Positions 26,378 to 40,364 of a stretch of DNA of 64,000 bases are shown piece by piece. The translations under genes and the position numbers were made by a program. The DNA is from Syncephalis fuscata S228 (lineage: Eukaryota; Fungi; Zoopagomycota), in assembly GCA_025786725.1 (NCBI GenBank), contig JAHLTZ010000032.1, forward strand, positions 248,001-312,000, written 5' to 3'. The notes below the pieces were generated by a model. The model had not been told where the DNA came from. It did no database searches and worked only from the letters and a program-made list of their open reading frames with translations. How positions within the stretch are numbered: position 1 is the stretch's first letter; each line of letters starts with the position of its first letter.

Positions 26378-27070
26378 CCTAGATGTGCCAGTATAATGAT
26401 TCATTCAATGTAAATAGTCTATCTACCAGATACTTTATATCTTCATAGTAACTATTCACTCCTACGAGGCAGGTACTCCAGTATAGTAAAAATAGCTTTT
26501 GATACTGTCTATAATAAATCTTTTATTGTCAGCATGTGTTATGGCTGTGTGCGTACAAGTTGTGGAGACACAACAAACACCAATAAAATGGCCGATTCCC
26601 ACGTGATACTGTGGTGTAAACGTGTTTATGATGGCCAAGAAAATCTTGCCACTACAAATGAAGCAATTATTCGTACACATCGCCCCCTTCTTCATCACAC
26701 TCCTTTTGTCTTTACTCCATTTTACTGCTTTTCTAACTACAACTGTCCTTATCGGCGAGTATCACTGCTGTTGCAACTACTCTACTTGTTCTGCCCTCGT
26801 GCTTCTCCTCTGCCTTCTTTATTAATTCTTTTTTTGATTGCCCTTTTTTCTTCATCGTGGACTTCCACGTTGATCTGTTTGTATTCCCATTTGTTTAAAG
26901 CTATTGTTTCGATTGTATCTGGATTTACAATCTCTTTCTATTCACCTTCACTTTTTACTTCGCTATTATTATCGGTTTTGCGATTTAATTTCTACGCTTT
27001 ACTACATTACGTAGCCTAATACCAACACTATTACTATACACTATTTTATTTAGTAACGCCCGTTATTAAT

Positions 27071-27691
27071 ATGTTCGCCAAGTGTGTCTCTGCTGTTGCG
27101 CTTGTTGCCGTCTTGTGCAATGTAGCCGGCGTCTTGGCCGACGTGGCTATCAACTACCCTGTTGATGGCACGAGCTGGAAGTCCGGCGAGTCGACTAAAG
27201 TTACTTGGCTGCCCGGTCCTAATGGCATCTCTCAAGGTGCGACCGTTAATATTGAACTGATGCAAGGCGACGACCCAGACAATCTAAAATTGGTCAGCGT
27301 TATTGGTCAGGCCAAAGAATCCGACCTTGGTGCGTCGGTGACAGTGCCATCGAACTTGGTGTCTGGTACCAACTATGCTATCCGTATTGGCAAAAAATAT
27401 AGTCATTATTTCAGCGTAGCTGGCTCGGCTGCTCCACCGACCACCAGCAGTGATAGCAGCACTCAAACGACCTCAACCTCAACCTCAACCTCAACCTCAA
27501 CCTCATCCAGCTCATCCAGCTCTAGCTCATCCAGCTCTAGCTCATCCAGCCCCAGCGCTTCACCATCAAAGACACCTGTTCGCATGCCATCTAGCGCCAC
27601 AATTGTTACACCAGGTGCTCAGCCATTGGTTCTTACCGGTTCACTTATCGCATTGGTGCCAGTGGCTATTCTTGCCGTTTGGGGCTTCTAA
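27071..27691 (+). CDS. Ser/Thr-rich GPI-anchored cell-surface protein (Kre9/Knh1 N-terminal-like domain)
   Basis: Signal peptide; P..GTSWKSG..TKVTW, IELMQG, V.VP.NL.SG.NYAIRIG..YSHYFSV; Ser/Thr tract; hydrophobic C-terminal GPI signal. Confidence 0.88.
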   Translation: MFAKCVSAVALVAVLCNVAGVLADVAINYPVDGTSWKSGESTKVTWLPGPNGISQGATVNIELMQGDDPDNLKLVSVIGQAKESDLGASVTVPSNLVSGTNYAIRIGKKYSHYFSVAGSAAPPTTSSDSSTQTTSTSTSTSTSTSSSSSSSSSSSSSSSSPSASPSKTPVRMPSSATIVTPGAQPLVLTGSLIALVPVAILAVWGF

Positions 27692-28077
27692 TTTTATTAT
27701 TGGCACTTCAATATTCATCTATTGATTATCTGTCTGTCTATTTGCCTAGTTTGATACTCGAATCACACTGCTATTTTCATATGTCTACGCCACAAGTGTA
27801 AGCTTAATGGTGATGCAATAGTACATAGGCTAAATAGCTGTCATGATTTATTTATCTATACTAATTGATACGCAACGCAATTATTTGATTTATGTTTTAT
27901 AAACTAAGCCTGTCACACTTTCATTAATAGTGATGTGATGTGATGTGATATGAGTACTAATAAAACAATTGCTATAAATATAACTCATAGTTTTATTGAT
28001 TTACTACTACTACTGCTGCTATTATTATTATCATCACTTGAACGAGCGATAGTGCCATCGTTAGCTATACGCACTCG

Positions 28078-30225
28078 CTAATAATTAAGCCAGAATTCTA
28101 ATGGCAAAATATCGCGCATTGTCTCCCAGTGCTTCAATGCTGCCGTTTGCTGCCATTGATCGAGTCGATTATTGGCATCGGTGACGATATCGGCTTGGGC
28201 AAGTAGCTCGGCGTCAGGTGTGGGCATACGGCACTTGTCTAGCTGGTTAAATGCAAAGTACCGCATATCGCCATCTAGATAGTCAGACTCTTCAAATGGC
28301 CGTAATTCAATTGGCAGTGTTGATGCGACAAATACCTATTGTATCACACCATTAGTATGAATTTAACAGCAGCATTAATGTTGTACTTACTATATTAACT
28401 ATGCCACTATTACTAGTAGGTGATTCCTTGAAGCCAGCTACATGTGGAAATACTTCTTGCAAGGTACGCCAAATTGATAGCATTGCCTTTGCATCTTCGC
28501 CATCAATAGATCCAACAAAATTCTATATTAAAGATATAATAATAGCATATCAATTATTATGCTATCATAAAGTATAACCTATATAGCCTACCAAAGTAAG
28601 TACACCATCTGGCTTGAGTACTCGCTGAATCTCTTTAATAAACTCAAGTGAAAACAATTGCTTTGGCACGGATCCACCTGTAAATACATCGTGTAATATA
28701 TAGTCATAAGAGGCGTCAGATGCACGCTCAATAACGCCACGGCCATCCTCAAGGAATGCATGGCGTGGCTCGGGCAGTCCAAAATAATCGCGTGCATACT
28801 TGTAGACCATCGGATCAATCTCAGCAATATCTACGGTCATTTTGTGCTTTAGAAGCGAAGTAGCTGAAACACCAATGCCTAAGCCTCTGTTTATAAATTA
28901 GCAATGGTTATATATTGCAATAAATGTACTTTAGAAACTTACAATGAAAGCGCAGTCTCTGATGATGAATCCTTTTTACGTTCATGTAGTAATCGGCCCA
29001 CTACAGCACACATTAGTATCAGTGTTTAACTGGTCAGTATTTACCCACCTTCCATATAGTAGAATGATGCATAGATCGAGTCGTTTGTAGCACGGTATTG
29101 GCCACCGATGAGCGAATGACCAGATCGCAGCATACGAAAAGCGCGCGTTGACTCATCTACAACGGAAAGCTGTCCGGTAATTGATTCAATTCGATCGATC
29201 ATAGTATAGTTACTGCCGGTAATAACATGTTTACTCTAGTAGGCAACAAATCATTAATATTAACTCTATTAACAACTTGGTGCACTTACTGGTTTAAATC
29301 CTCGTTGGCATTGTGGATGCTGGAAAAGAACAAGTGCTACAAGACCAGTAACAACAAATTGCGGTGCATAGCGTAGTGTTAATCGGGACGGCATCATTGA
29401 GGACTCGACCACAGGCGATTTATCGGCAGTATTTGCCGCAGCACTCTTTTGTCGAAGTGCTTCGGTTACAATGAGTTTAATAAAGACCGATAATACGGCA
29501 TTCAATCCCGCTTGCCATAGCAGTGTCTCACAACGATGCGATGAATCGACGTGTGTAAATGCCCAGGTTGTAGCTGCCAATGCAATGGCATATACAATAG
29601 CACTGGGTGCAATGCGTGCACTAGGCAGCACCGATGCTCGTCCAGAGAAGCAAGCAATACCATTTACAATACCCAGTAGAGCGAATGACGAATAGCTAAG
29701 AAATAGCTGAGTGATATGTGGACCATTAAGTGGACCCATAACACCGCTCCAGCTGAATAGCCAGCTCATTGTGTAGGGTGCAAACGCGAGTAATACCGAT
29801 AGCGTGTCAAGCATTGCGGCCAATACTCGCCAGGTACGTAGGCGACGGATGGCCGGTGTATCGTCGGGCTGTCCGCTTGGGAACCGCACCTGGATGTAGC
29901 CGCGCACTGTGCCCGATAAGAAGAATAGCGATGACATGGGCATGAATGCTAGACGAGCAAACATATTGCCATAAAGCGGCTCAAGATAGGCTGGACCTGC
30001 TTGATGGATTTGCCCAAGAGAAAATGCACTTGCCAATAGTACGGCAAGACGTGGTAAGAAAAACATTGAGCTGCCACCGACATCGCCTTGCTGTTGTTGC
30101 TGCTTAGACGTGGCGTCTTTTCCCGTTACTGTTGTCGAAGATGTGATTGAGCCGTTATCCCCGTCATTGCTACTACTATCTGCGGCTTCTTCCTTAACGC
30201 GCTTCCGCACTGTGTTTGTCGACAT
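28078..30225 (-). CDS. Membrane-fused spermidine-synthase-like SAM-dependent transferase
   Basis: N-terminal multi-TM region (LEPLYG, GPLNGPHITQ), then ESITGQLSVV, MLRSGHSLIGG, GLGIG, AEIDPMVY.YA.DYFGL, YDYILHDVFTGG, LKPDGVL, DANNRLDQWQ...HW. Confidence 0.85.
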
Positions 30226-30227
30226 TG

Positions 30228-30260
<33 letters not shown>

Positions 30261-31054
30261 GATACACTGGAAGCAGTTAAGATTCCGGCTTAACAACAAA
30301 GAACTGACACAATAGTGAACGTAGTCGCAATGCAAGGAAAAAGGATAAAGGCCATACACAATCGTGTTTGAGAAGAAATCCACGACGACTGGTGAAGTTT
30401 TATTAAGATATAATCAATATCGCAGATTTGACACAATATGAGTTGAGCACTTGATTCAGTACTGTTTTGTTATATTTCTATTGATATTGGAAATGGAGCT
30501 ATGGGCTAATAAAGTTTGTTTATTTTAAAGTTGGATATTTAGCCGTGCAACTAATAATGCTTTTGTATTTATTAGTTGTAACTATTTTTAGACGTCTTTT
30601 ATTACATATCAATCTATTATAAATTAATATATGATAAGGTTTAGTAAAAAATATTACAGATAAATTCTAGTTAATCGTTGATTGCTTGTATAGCCATTTA
30701 CTGTGGCCCATTAATTATACACAATGCTCCATTGTGCGTAACAGGCTTTGTTACCTTGTACCTTTCTATCGGTTTATTATGATTCTTATTTACTTGGATT
30801 GTTTAGAATAAAAAACTACGTTAAAATCAGCCTATCTATTTTATGCTAAAATGCATTTATTTTTACAAGTAATTATCTTGTAATTGAATTGCCACAAGTC
30901 CACTGATTATATAAAATGCTATGCTATTATCTTTACCTAAAGGATGTTCTGTTGTTCTTTAATGATTTTAAAATAAAATAAATCAATATTTAAACTATTT
31001 TTGATGTTGCTTTAATAGAATGAATAAAAATAACGGTTTTATTACTACAAAGAT

Positions 31055-32307
31055 TTACGAATGGCGATAGACAATTGAGAGGTTTCCTTGCATTGTTATT
31101 AGATAGTCCTCCCTTGCATTATTGTGGAATATTGCACTAATTGCATGGCATAGCTCTAATAATATCTCCCATGGATTAAGAGCATCCCGAAATATTCTCC
31201 AAGAAGGCGTAGAAAGCTTAAGTTTTTGTATCTTGCTACTGATGGGACAGATATTGGTTGTGTGTGAAATGTATTTGTAATGGTCAAAGGCATATAAATG
31301 CACAAGTGCAAGAGCAATGAGTTCAACGTTAATCATTACGGCGTTAACTCCACGAGCGATATCGACAGCCGACCAATGGTTGGTGAAGCTAAATACATTG
31401 AAATGCACCAGTATAGCTAGAAAAAGCTTTTGAATAGTAACCAGAAACACTGCCTATAAGTCACATCGATAATCAATGGAATGCTTTCTATTGACATAAA
31501 TATCACTTACCATTTTAACGGAAAAAAACTGAACATTAGGATCATGAAATCTTATTTTGATACGAATAGCGTAATAAATCGATAGCAATCCTTGCATTGC
31601 TACCAACATAGAAGCCCCGTTAATAATGTTGATCCATAGATTGGCATAATATGGTGCAAGTGAACCAGGGCATAAAAGATTAAAATGATGGGTAGTTGCG
31701 GCAATAATCGCAGCAACCGGCTTTATAGCGACATACTGAAGCACCATAATTTTGGTAATATCTAGGAATTTGGGTGATTTAGGCTGAAAGCAAAATTGGG
31801 ATAAAAAGGGACGGCAAGTTGTATCAGTAATTGATTCTTTAATCGCTGATTCTTCGACCGACTTGGCTGATGCGTCGGAAAGATAGTTGCACAGTAAAAT
31901 AAAGAACGAACCCATCAGAATTGCTTCGTAAAGATCGCCCATGGCCTCAATGTAGAATGCTTTACGATAGAACAAATAAGAGAACAGAGTACTGATAGCG
32001 TAAATGGGAGTAAAAAATAGGATTCGAATAATATACCGCTGTTGGGATGGCTAAATGACAGAAGCAGTGCTGTATTAGTTTTTCTGTGGCATGCTTATAG
32101 ACTATTCACTTTGCCCACCTTATTGTAGTTGATAGCATGTCGGTAAATAGTAATAAAACTAATTGTAGTTGCTATTAGGGCCGCAACAGCACACACTCCC
32201 CAGCCGAATTGATGCATCGTTAGGCGGCTAGTGTAAAAATGAATGGAATCGTGCACCTGCATGCTTTCACACTCATCGGTGATTAAAGCATTTGCTACTG
32301 GTGCCAT
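31055..32307 (-). CDS. TMEM184/OST-alpha family transporter, paralog 1
   Basis: RH..NYNKP.QQRYIIRIL..PIYA, DLYEA..M.SFFILL.NYL, VLQYV.IKP, F.SVKM, HLYAFD, DALNP; 2 introns. Confidence 0.88.
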
Positions 32308-33238
32308 CGTGTAGATTTCTTTGATACTTTAAAACAAAGACAGTTTTGCTAGAAGCCTATTTTGAAATCTCGCACCACAATGCTCGAAAGAATAGATATT
32401 GCAATGCTGATGCTGAGATATTGGTGTATTTTGACGTTAACTTGTAAATTAATGGAAATGTAGTGCGATCAGTATATCACAACGGTATGGCAAAAACACT
32501 TTTGCAGGCGATAAAAAGGGAATATATGGATATCTATGCGTTCGGAGATTTTTAAAAAAGAGAAACAATTTCTTTGTATGTTATATATGGCGTTATATAT
32601 ATATTAATATCTATATAGCACCCAGTATGTTTTCCAAACGACAAAGCTGGAGAACCTTTTGGCCATGAAACTATCATGCGACAGTTTTCTAACAGTAAGG
32701 AACGAGTTATTCAACTTTAAAACACCATTGACTGCATGAAACAACAATTTATTTCAATAGCTTCAAGTTAACAAAAAAGTAATTGATTAACGACAAAGAT
32801 CACGTTTCAAGTGCCCTTCAAAGCAGTCATTCTTTGCTATACAGGGATTGCTTCACAAACACCCCTTACCCTTACAGGTGCTATGAAGCATTGTGTAAAT
32901 TTGGCAAAAGAATGATCAGTTTATTTCGGCATATTCAATTGTCTAACATCTATTATTATAACTCACACCTGAATAAGGGAAATACGTTTTAATGCTATAG
33001 AAAACAGAAACAAACACCAACGCCTATTAGCAAATTAGAGTGCTATCTAGTGTTTGAATCACACCATTGCATGCATAAAAGACAAATAAATCTAATCGTG
33101 CAATTCTACGATCTGGCCATACCTTAATAGCTACTTAATTAATCGAGTGTAGCTATGGATAGTTAGAAGGTTTGCCGCCATACGTGTTGGCCTCCATGTT
33201 AGCCTTGTAGCCGGGCTGCTCATGGCCCCCCGTTACAG

Positions 33239-34506
33239 TCATTGGTATTCCGCCATAAGTGTCGGAATTTGTTGTCCTAGAGTCTGAACATTGACCGCGT
33301 TTTGTCTGCGTCGGAATGTACCGGCACGTTCCAGTCCACCCTCAATATCCACTTGGGCGGCTAATGGTTCTTCGCGATAAGTGCCGCCAATCGGCAGTGA
33401 GCTGCGTGTAACAAGCGCCCATAAATAACGAGCACCAAGTGCGACCTCTCGTATTAAATCTATAGGATTCAATGAGTCAACAAGACCCGCCCAAACAGTT
33501 TGTTTGACACGCTCTTTTGGACGATAAACACGGTAATCAAATGCTTTGACGTGGAGTAGCGCAAAAACTACCATTTCAAAGCAAATCAGAATCGCATTCA
33601 AGCCCGTGGCAATATTGGCTTTTGTCCAATATTCTGTTGGCTTTATAATATTGGCATTTGCTAGAATGTTAATAAGAAATGATTGCCAGAACGAAAAGAA
33701 TACAACTAGCTTGACGCACAAAAACTTAAAGAACGGACGATGTGGCGCCAATGCATCTTTGATTGTCACATAAAGCGTAATAAGTGCGTACATGGCCACA
33801 GTGACGGAAATAAAGTTGATGCAGCTGATATAAACGTTAGCATACTTGGGAGATAGTGACTCTGGGCAGAGCTTGTTCTGGGTCTGAGCAATTATCCCAA
33901 CGATTGTAAGGATTGGCTCAACAACAGCGTATTGTAGAATACCCCATTTAAGATACCATATGAGATGACGATTAGCCGGATTGTAGGTGATACAGCAGAA
34001 AGGCATGGTGAGTTTTAAACGTCTCGACTCTTCACCTACAAAGGCGAAGTGCTGGTCTGCTGGCGTGTCCCCCAAGTAATTTACCAATAAAATGAAGAAG
34101 GATGCCAACACAAAGGCTTCGTAAAAAGAGCGCACAAACTCGAAATAAGGCGCTTCGCGGTAGAAAACATACGAAAACCAGGAAGAAATGGCGAAGATAG
34201 GTATCATCAAACAGATGCGTACAATATAACGCTGCTGTTTAGGCACCGTATAGTACTGAACATGCTTCAATATCAGTGCGATTGAAATAAAGGTGGCAGT
34301 CCAAGCAGCGGCTCCAGACATAATCCAGCCTATACGATGTGCTATAGAGATAGCAGCAGTGATATTTATATCAGTATAGATATTTGTGGCTTATGTTATT
34401 TTGTAGTTTTGCAACTCAACGTACCATCCATGGCCAGGATATTCTTGAGATTATCGCCAGGATCTTTGCTTAGCTTAACCCAGCACTCTTCGTGTTCTGG
34501 TGTCAT
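33239..34506 (-). CDS. TMEM184/OST-alpha family transporter, paralog 2
   Basis: QQRYIVRICLMIPIFA, YEAFVLASFFILL.NYL, GILQY, KFLCVKLVVFFSFWQ, LICFEM..FA.LH.KAF; one intron ~34343-34425. Confidence 0.93.
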
Positions 34507-35963
34507 TTTTGCTAGTTTGTTTGAGACAATAAATGATATGCTTGTTTTCGATCAAAAGACTATGAGCAATAGCGCCCACGACCAGAAATGCTAAAGGGAG
34601 AATGACAAAATATAGAAGTTTGCTATGCAAAAAAACTGTAGCTATTTATAACAGGAATAGAATATGAAACTCAGACGATAGTTATTAGGACTGTTATGAT
34701 TCTTGGCAGTATTAAGCAATACAATACTGAACTGTACGTTGTAGTAATTACAGGGCTCGATTTGGATATATGTATATTCAAAGGGGAAAAGAAAGAAGCA
34801 CAGGATAGTACGACATTCAAGAACAGCACATAGAAGAGACAGCAAATAAGATAACAGGATTTGACGGCCAAATCAATTGGACGCTTTCTTTAAAGCATTC
34901 TGTGTTTTAAACTACGACACGAGAGCTGTTGTGTTGCACACTATTTGTCAATATGTAATCATTGTTAATACTTGATTTATAAATTAACAACTGAATTGCT
35001 GATTACTAAAACATTATAAAACCATACTTATTGGATAATCAATAGATAGCAATAATTCTTGCGTCTCTATCAACTGTATCTTATTAATATTTGTCTTTTA
35101 TACGCTGTTTTCTTTGGATCAATATATATATATATACCGAATCAAAACACTGTATATGGCAATTACATTATTGGTTACTAATCATTAAATCTATAAATAT
35201 TGGTCGAGAATTTATTGTGGCAATGATATATTATATTATAACTAAGGCATGGCATGTTGCACTACAATAAAACATTTTGCAATAGCGTTATCGCGAGTAA
35301 TGACTATTATGCTAATTGTTTATAAATAAACAAATCAAATCAAATCAAAATAAATTATTTCATTTAGGAGCGCATATTAAATGTCAATTAAGCAAATAAA
35401 AGAAATACTAGGTAAGCTAAGTTGTATAAGAAAAGTACGGGCAGTGGCAGACCTACATATTTCTCTACAGGATATTCTATTAATATAAAAGCATCGCTTT
35501 TTTTATAATTCAAAAGATTTAAACTTTATTACCAAATGATACGCTATTTTTGCAATATCCATAATAATATATGCCTGTCTGTATAAATGCTTGCAATAGA
35601 CTATATGATAAATAAATTGAATTGATGCTTAATGAATGGTCAATTGAGTACAAAAGCGCTATTATTGTAATGTGTCTGTAGCACTATAATAAAAAAGATA
35701 GCAAATAATATTGTAATAAGAACTATAAAATATAAAAGTATAACCGCATCGTCAATCCAAGTAATGAAATGCCATTCAAATGTAATGGACCAGTGCCACC
35801 ATTATCATATGCATCAAGCAACAGTCATACAGCATGGGCGTTGTAGCATAAGGCCTATTATCGTGCTCTTTGTCAATATCCTTATTAATTAGCCTACAAA
35901 TCAACTATTTGGTCACATTTTACATGCCACTTTACGCAATATTTATTAGCAGTAACAACGACA

Positions 35964-38792
35964 ATGTTTGACCAAGCATTACTTCGCCTACAGCGCGAAT
36001 TGCTTGAGTATCTTCGTGCACCAGACGAGCAGATATTTATTAAGTATCAAGATGACAATATTACGAAAGTACGAGCTCTTATTGTTGGCCCAGTCCACAC
36101 GCCGTAAGTTGAGAAAATACTAATTACAATGCTGGCAGTAAAGCAAGGCTTTGCCAAAGTTTACTGACTATGACACGATTCTTTACTTAGTTATGCGTTA
36201 GGCATGTTTGAATTTCTTATGGAATTTCCACGCCAATATCCATCAGTGCCGCCTGTAGTAAGAATTATTGTAAGTAGCAATTAAAATAAAACGGCATTAT
36301 TGGTATTTAATATAAAATGTAGACAACTGATGGAGGTCAAACACGATTTAATCCCAATGTAAGCACTTTGCCATTACTGATAAATATTTGGTATATTAAC
36401 CATTCTGTTAATATGTGTAGTTATACGCCGATGGCAAAGTGTGTCTTAGTATTCTTGGTAAATAATGTATAACTAGTTTAATTTTTTAACTAACAAATTG
36501 GCGGTCACTGTTAGGCACTTGGACCGGATCAGCAGGTGAACAATGTAAATAACTCGATGGATATCGAAAAGTATATTGATTTATTACTATTGATAATAGG
36601 GTCTTCGGCACACGGCGTTTCCTCAGTTTTATTATCAATCCAAAGCATCATGTCTGAAACGCCAGTAAGTAAATTAATAGCAAAATATAAATATTATTCA
36701 ATAATATTTTTTATTGGATTCGCCTTAGATTGAAGAAGATTCAGACTTTACCAGGTTTGATAAAAAATATATTATTGAAACATGTGACTTTGCTACTAGA
36801 ATAGAGCTATTTAAAAATCTTACTGGTGGAAACTTAAAATCGAAAACATCCACTGAAAAACATACTCAGGGTCTTGATTTGATGGAGGCTGAGCCGTCAA
36901 CATCATCTACGTCAATGGCATCTAATGGCGATGCAATCAATTCTAAATATACAGCAGAGGTTGCACCAGCATCTATGACAATGGTGACGAGCGATGACAC
37001 AATGGATTCCAAGGATGTTGTAGAAACTAAATCTGAATCAATAGAAACAACGATAGCAGATAATGATTTGGTCGATTTCAAGAACGTGGAATCGATTGAA
37101 TTGCCGTCAACTACAACAATGCTGGTTGACAATGACAACGAGGTAATCAATTCCAAAGATACAGCATCGATAAACGCTACCATATGTATATCGCCGGTAT
37201 CGGTGCAGCCATCAAGTAGTCATAGTTCCATTGCTAATGACGCAGCATCAAATTCCATGGACACAACGGAAAATGAGAGTTCAAATGAAATGAATACGAC
37301 TGACAAGACCAAAGCTACAGAAACAAATGAAGCTGCACAAATATACAATAACAGAATGCGTCTAATCAATTATTATTATTATGAAAGTGTTGGAGATTGG
37401 TATGAAAATATTATCAATTATCGTGAAGCATTTGAAGCACTATTAAGTATACGCGAAGAGCAATATAAATGTAAAACTATGCATGGTAATTAATAAAAAC
37501 AACGCAAATATAAAGCACGATTTAACTATATTTTTACACATTTAGAAACCATTCGCATATCAGTCTGCGATCGACTGGAGACACTATTAAATATTCGCAA
37601 AAAACAGCACACATCAATAAACTGTGAAGTGCTTAAAAGAATACCGTCCGACATGCCATTCAATGTTAAAGTAACCACTATAATGCCATACATATATCAA
37701 TCGGATATTTACACTGATGATTTTGCCGATATTAGTAAACGACTATTTTTATGGCATTTCAACGCTTATTTGGTAGATACACATTAAATTGCTTTTAATT
37801 CCTGTGTTTCTAATTTAAACATAGGCTATTTGCGAGGCAGAATCTAGGCTGATTGAGGACAGATCACCATTTCAAATGATGCCGTTTGAGAGTAAACATA
37901 ATGGAATGAGTGGGATATTCAACTACAGCCAATTGGTTGAACGCTTGTTAAATATCAAGCGAATACTGCTAAAAGAGCAATGCACATGGGAGGAACAGTC
38001 AAAGGAGTGGATTAAAGACGAGTGCGGGACAGGTGATAATTTACGTGGCCAATTACAGCAGATTATCAACTCGAATAGTTTGGAAGGTAAGCATGAATAT
38101 GGCTGATGAATCACATATTTATATAGTTTATTAATAACGCATACATGTTACATTTCATAGGTATGGAACTGTCTTTGGAAGATGACAATCCATATATTTG
38201 GAACGTGTCCATCTTTGGCAAACCAATGACGTAAGAAATAGCCACTGCTGTGCAGTTGGATAACACTAACACTTGGCACATATATTATCAATTAATCCAA
38301 ACAATATTACACTATTTAGCAATTATGATGGCGGCTTCTTTCAGCTAAAACTTGTATTTCACAAAGATTTCCCTGAAGTATGGCCGCGAGCCGTATTCCG
38401 CACACCCGTCTATCATTGCCACGTTACCGAGGACGGCATTCCTTATTATCGGTAAGTAATAAGGTATTCCAAGCGATACTGTTCTATTTATTTATTCGAG
38501 TAAATACAATAAGCTGATACATGCCATATTGCTAATAGTGTGAAGCGAGAAAAAGATTTAAAAGAGCATTTGCAACAAATAGCCGCATTATTCGCCGAAG
38601 ATCCATCGCCAAATCCGGCCACACATGTTAATACTAAGGTATTATTTGATGTTGATGAAATAGGCTATAGCAGCAAATTAACAAACTTGCACCATTTAGG
38701 CGGCAGCGCTTTACTTTGGTACTGCAGACGAGCGGCGTCAATACGCACGCAGTGCACGACGATGTGCTGCCAGATCTGTTGAATACGAATAG
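35964..38792 (+). CDS. UBE2Z/USE1-like E2 enzyme with a second, UEV-like UBC domain
   Basis: [45 protein letters not shown] (catalytic Cys), HETIRISVCD; second domain FGKPMTNYDGG..FRTPVYHCHVTEDGIPYY without a catalytic Cys. Confidence 0.88.
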
Positions 38793-39146
38793 ATCAGTAC
38801 ATTAATAGTAAAGTATAGTATGGGATTGTCGCGCGCATGAATACGTAATCCAAATAAATTGCTTGTTTGTTTATTATACACTGTTACAGCAATTAAATAC
38901 TTGCTATAGAGTAAAAGCAGTCTTGATCTTCAAACATTCGATTATTCTATTAATAATAATGTTTAATCAACTTTTGCTGCTATTATATATTCATGTTTAA
39001 TACAGAACAATCATTTGCTAATATAGATTATTCAAAATGTTAACATTAATATTTGCTAATAATAACTACATATACTATTGACCAAATAAAACAGCATGTA
39101 CTCATTTCATCTACATCTATTTTCTTTTATTGTTATAATACGACGA

Positions 39147-40113
39147 CTAGGCCAATAATTCATCCAAGTCTACGTCCAACGTTGTCTGAGATGCACCAGC
39201 AATCATTTGTTCAAATGAGGATAGATTTGCCAGCGGTTCTGATGACGACACCAATTGTTGCTGCTGCTGCGCCGTAAGACTTGAATCCTGTGCATTATTT
39301 GTCGCTGAGATATCAGCCATAGTAGTATTACCATCTGCTTCATTTGCACTGGCATTTGCAGCAGCGGCTGCTTTAGCCAGTTGTTGATGATGCTCTTCAA
39401 TTTCTACAATAATCGATATTAGATTAAACAATATAAACAGTATTTTCCAATTAATATGTACTCTCATTTACCTTTACGTCTTTGTCGTCGTATGTCTTCT
39501 TCAGCCTTGCGAATTTCCATTAAATTCAGCTTGCGGTTACGTTCATTCAGCTGCTGGAGCGCTCGTTGTCGCTCATTTGTCTGAGCCTCCAAAATACGAT
39601 CAATTTCGGCAATTTCGGTATCATACCGCTTTACAGTATAGGTTAGGTTAACGATATAAATGGCAGCAACAACTATTGCTCAATGCTAATAAAGGATATG
39701 TTTCCTGTTCGCCGTTCATTACGGCCCTTTCACGCTCTCGTATCAATTGTGACTTCTCCAATGTTGGGTTAAACATAATTAATGACTGTTTTACCTTGAC
39801 CATTTCTTCAACCTCTTGCTGAATACCAACAAAGACATGATTTAGTTATCAATGCATTGTGTGTAAGTGTAAGGTTTATAACTTACATCGTTAAGCACGT
39901 AATTGCGTGCAAATTCCAAATCTTTTTGTTTCCTTTCAACATCAGACAATGTAATCGGCTTTAGCTGCTCATGCTTTAGTGTGCCCATGTATCGATCGTA
40001 TTCTCTCTACACATATACACTTTCTATTAGATATACTATCCTTTTATCTTTCATTTGATCAATCGGCTGATTTGTTCTAATCCTACCTGAGTACAAGGAC
40101 CATTTGAAATAGT
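39147..40113 (-). pseudogene. RTF1: RTF1 (Paf1 complex) 3' fragment; 5' exons not present in the window
   Basis: ISNGPCTQ|REYDRY...NYVLND|QEVEEMVK...EKSQLIRE...LNERNRKLN...LDVDLD matches the RTF1 Plus3 end and C-terminus; no upstream exon in the ~250 bp before the PLD stop codon. Confidence 0.75.
39636..39699 (-). other. U12-type (minor) AT-AC intron in RTF1
   Basis: Minus-strand donor ATATCCTTTA, branch-like TCGTTAAC ~10 nt before the AC acceptor; removal gives GEQE-T-VKRYD in frame. Confidence 0.9.
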
Positions 40114-40364
40114 ATTTTTTACAATTATGAATAATTGCATAGTATGTGCAGCTTACTATTTGTTTCAATCTCATTATTATGTATATAACTCACTATTCAT
40201 TAAACTTTTTACATAATCCAGATACTTAATATTGTTGAAAAAACAATAACTATGCATGCTAAAATTCAACACAGTCATTAGTATAAATATCATTTAATCA
40301 TTTGCTCAGGATAATAAAAAATGTATTAAGTTTTGTTAATAGATTGATTGTAGAGAATAAAGAT

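Noticed and set aside
26534-27019. 161-aa hydrophobic ORF upstream of the GPI protein
   Set aside because: Pyrimidine-rich promoter/5' UTR composition gives Phe/Leu/Ser-rich spurious ORFs; no recognisable motif.
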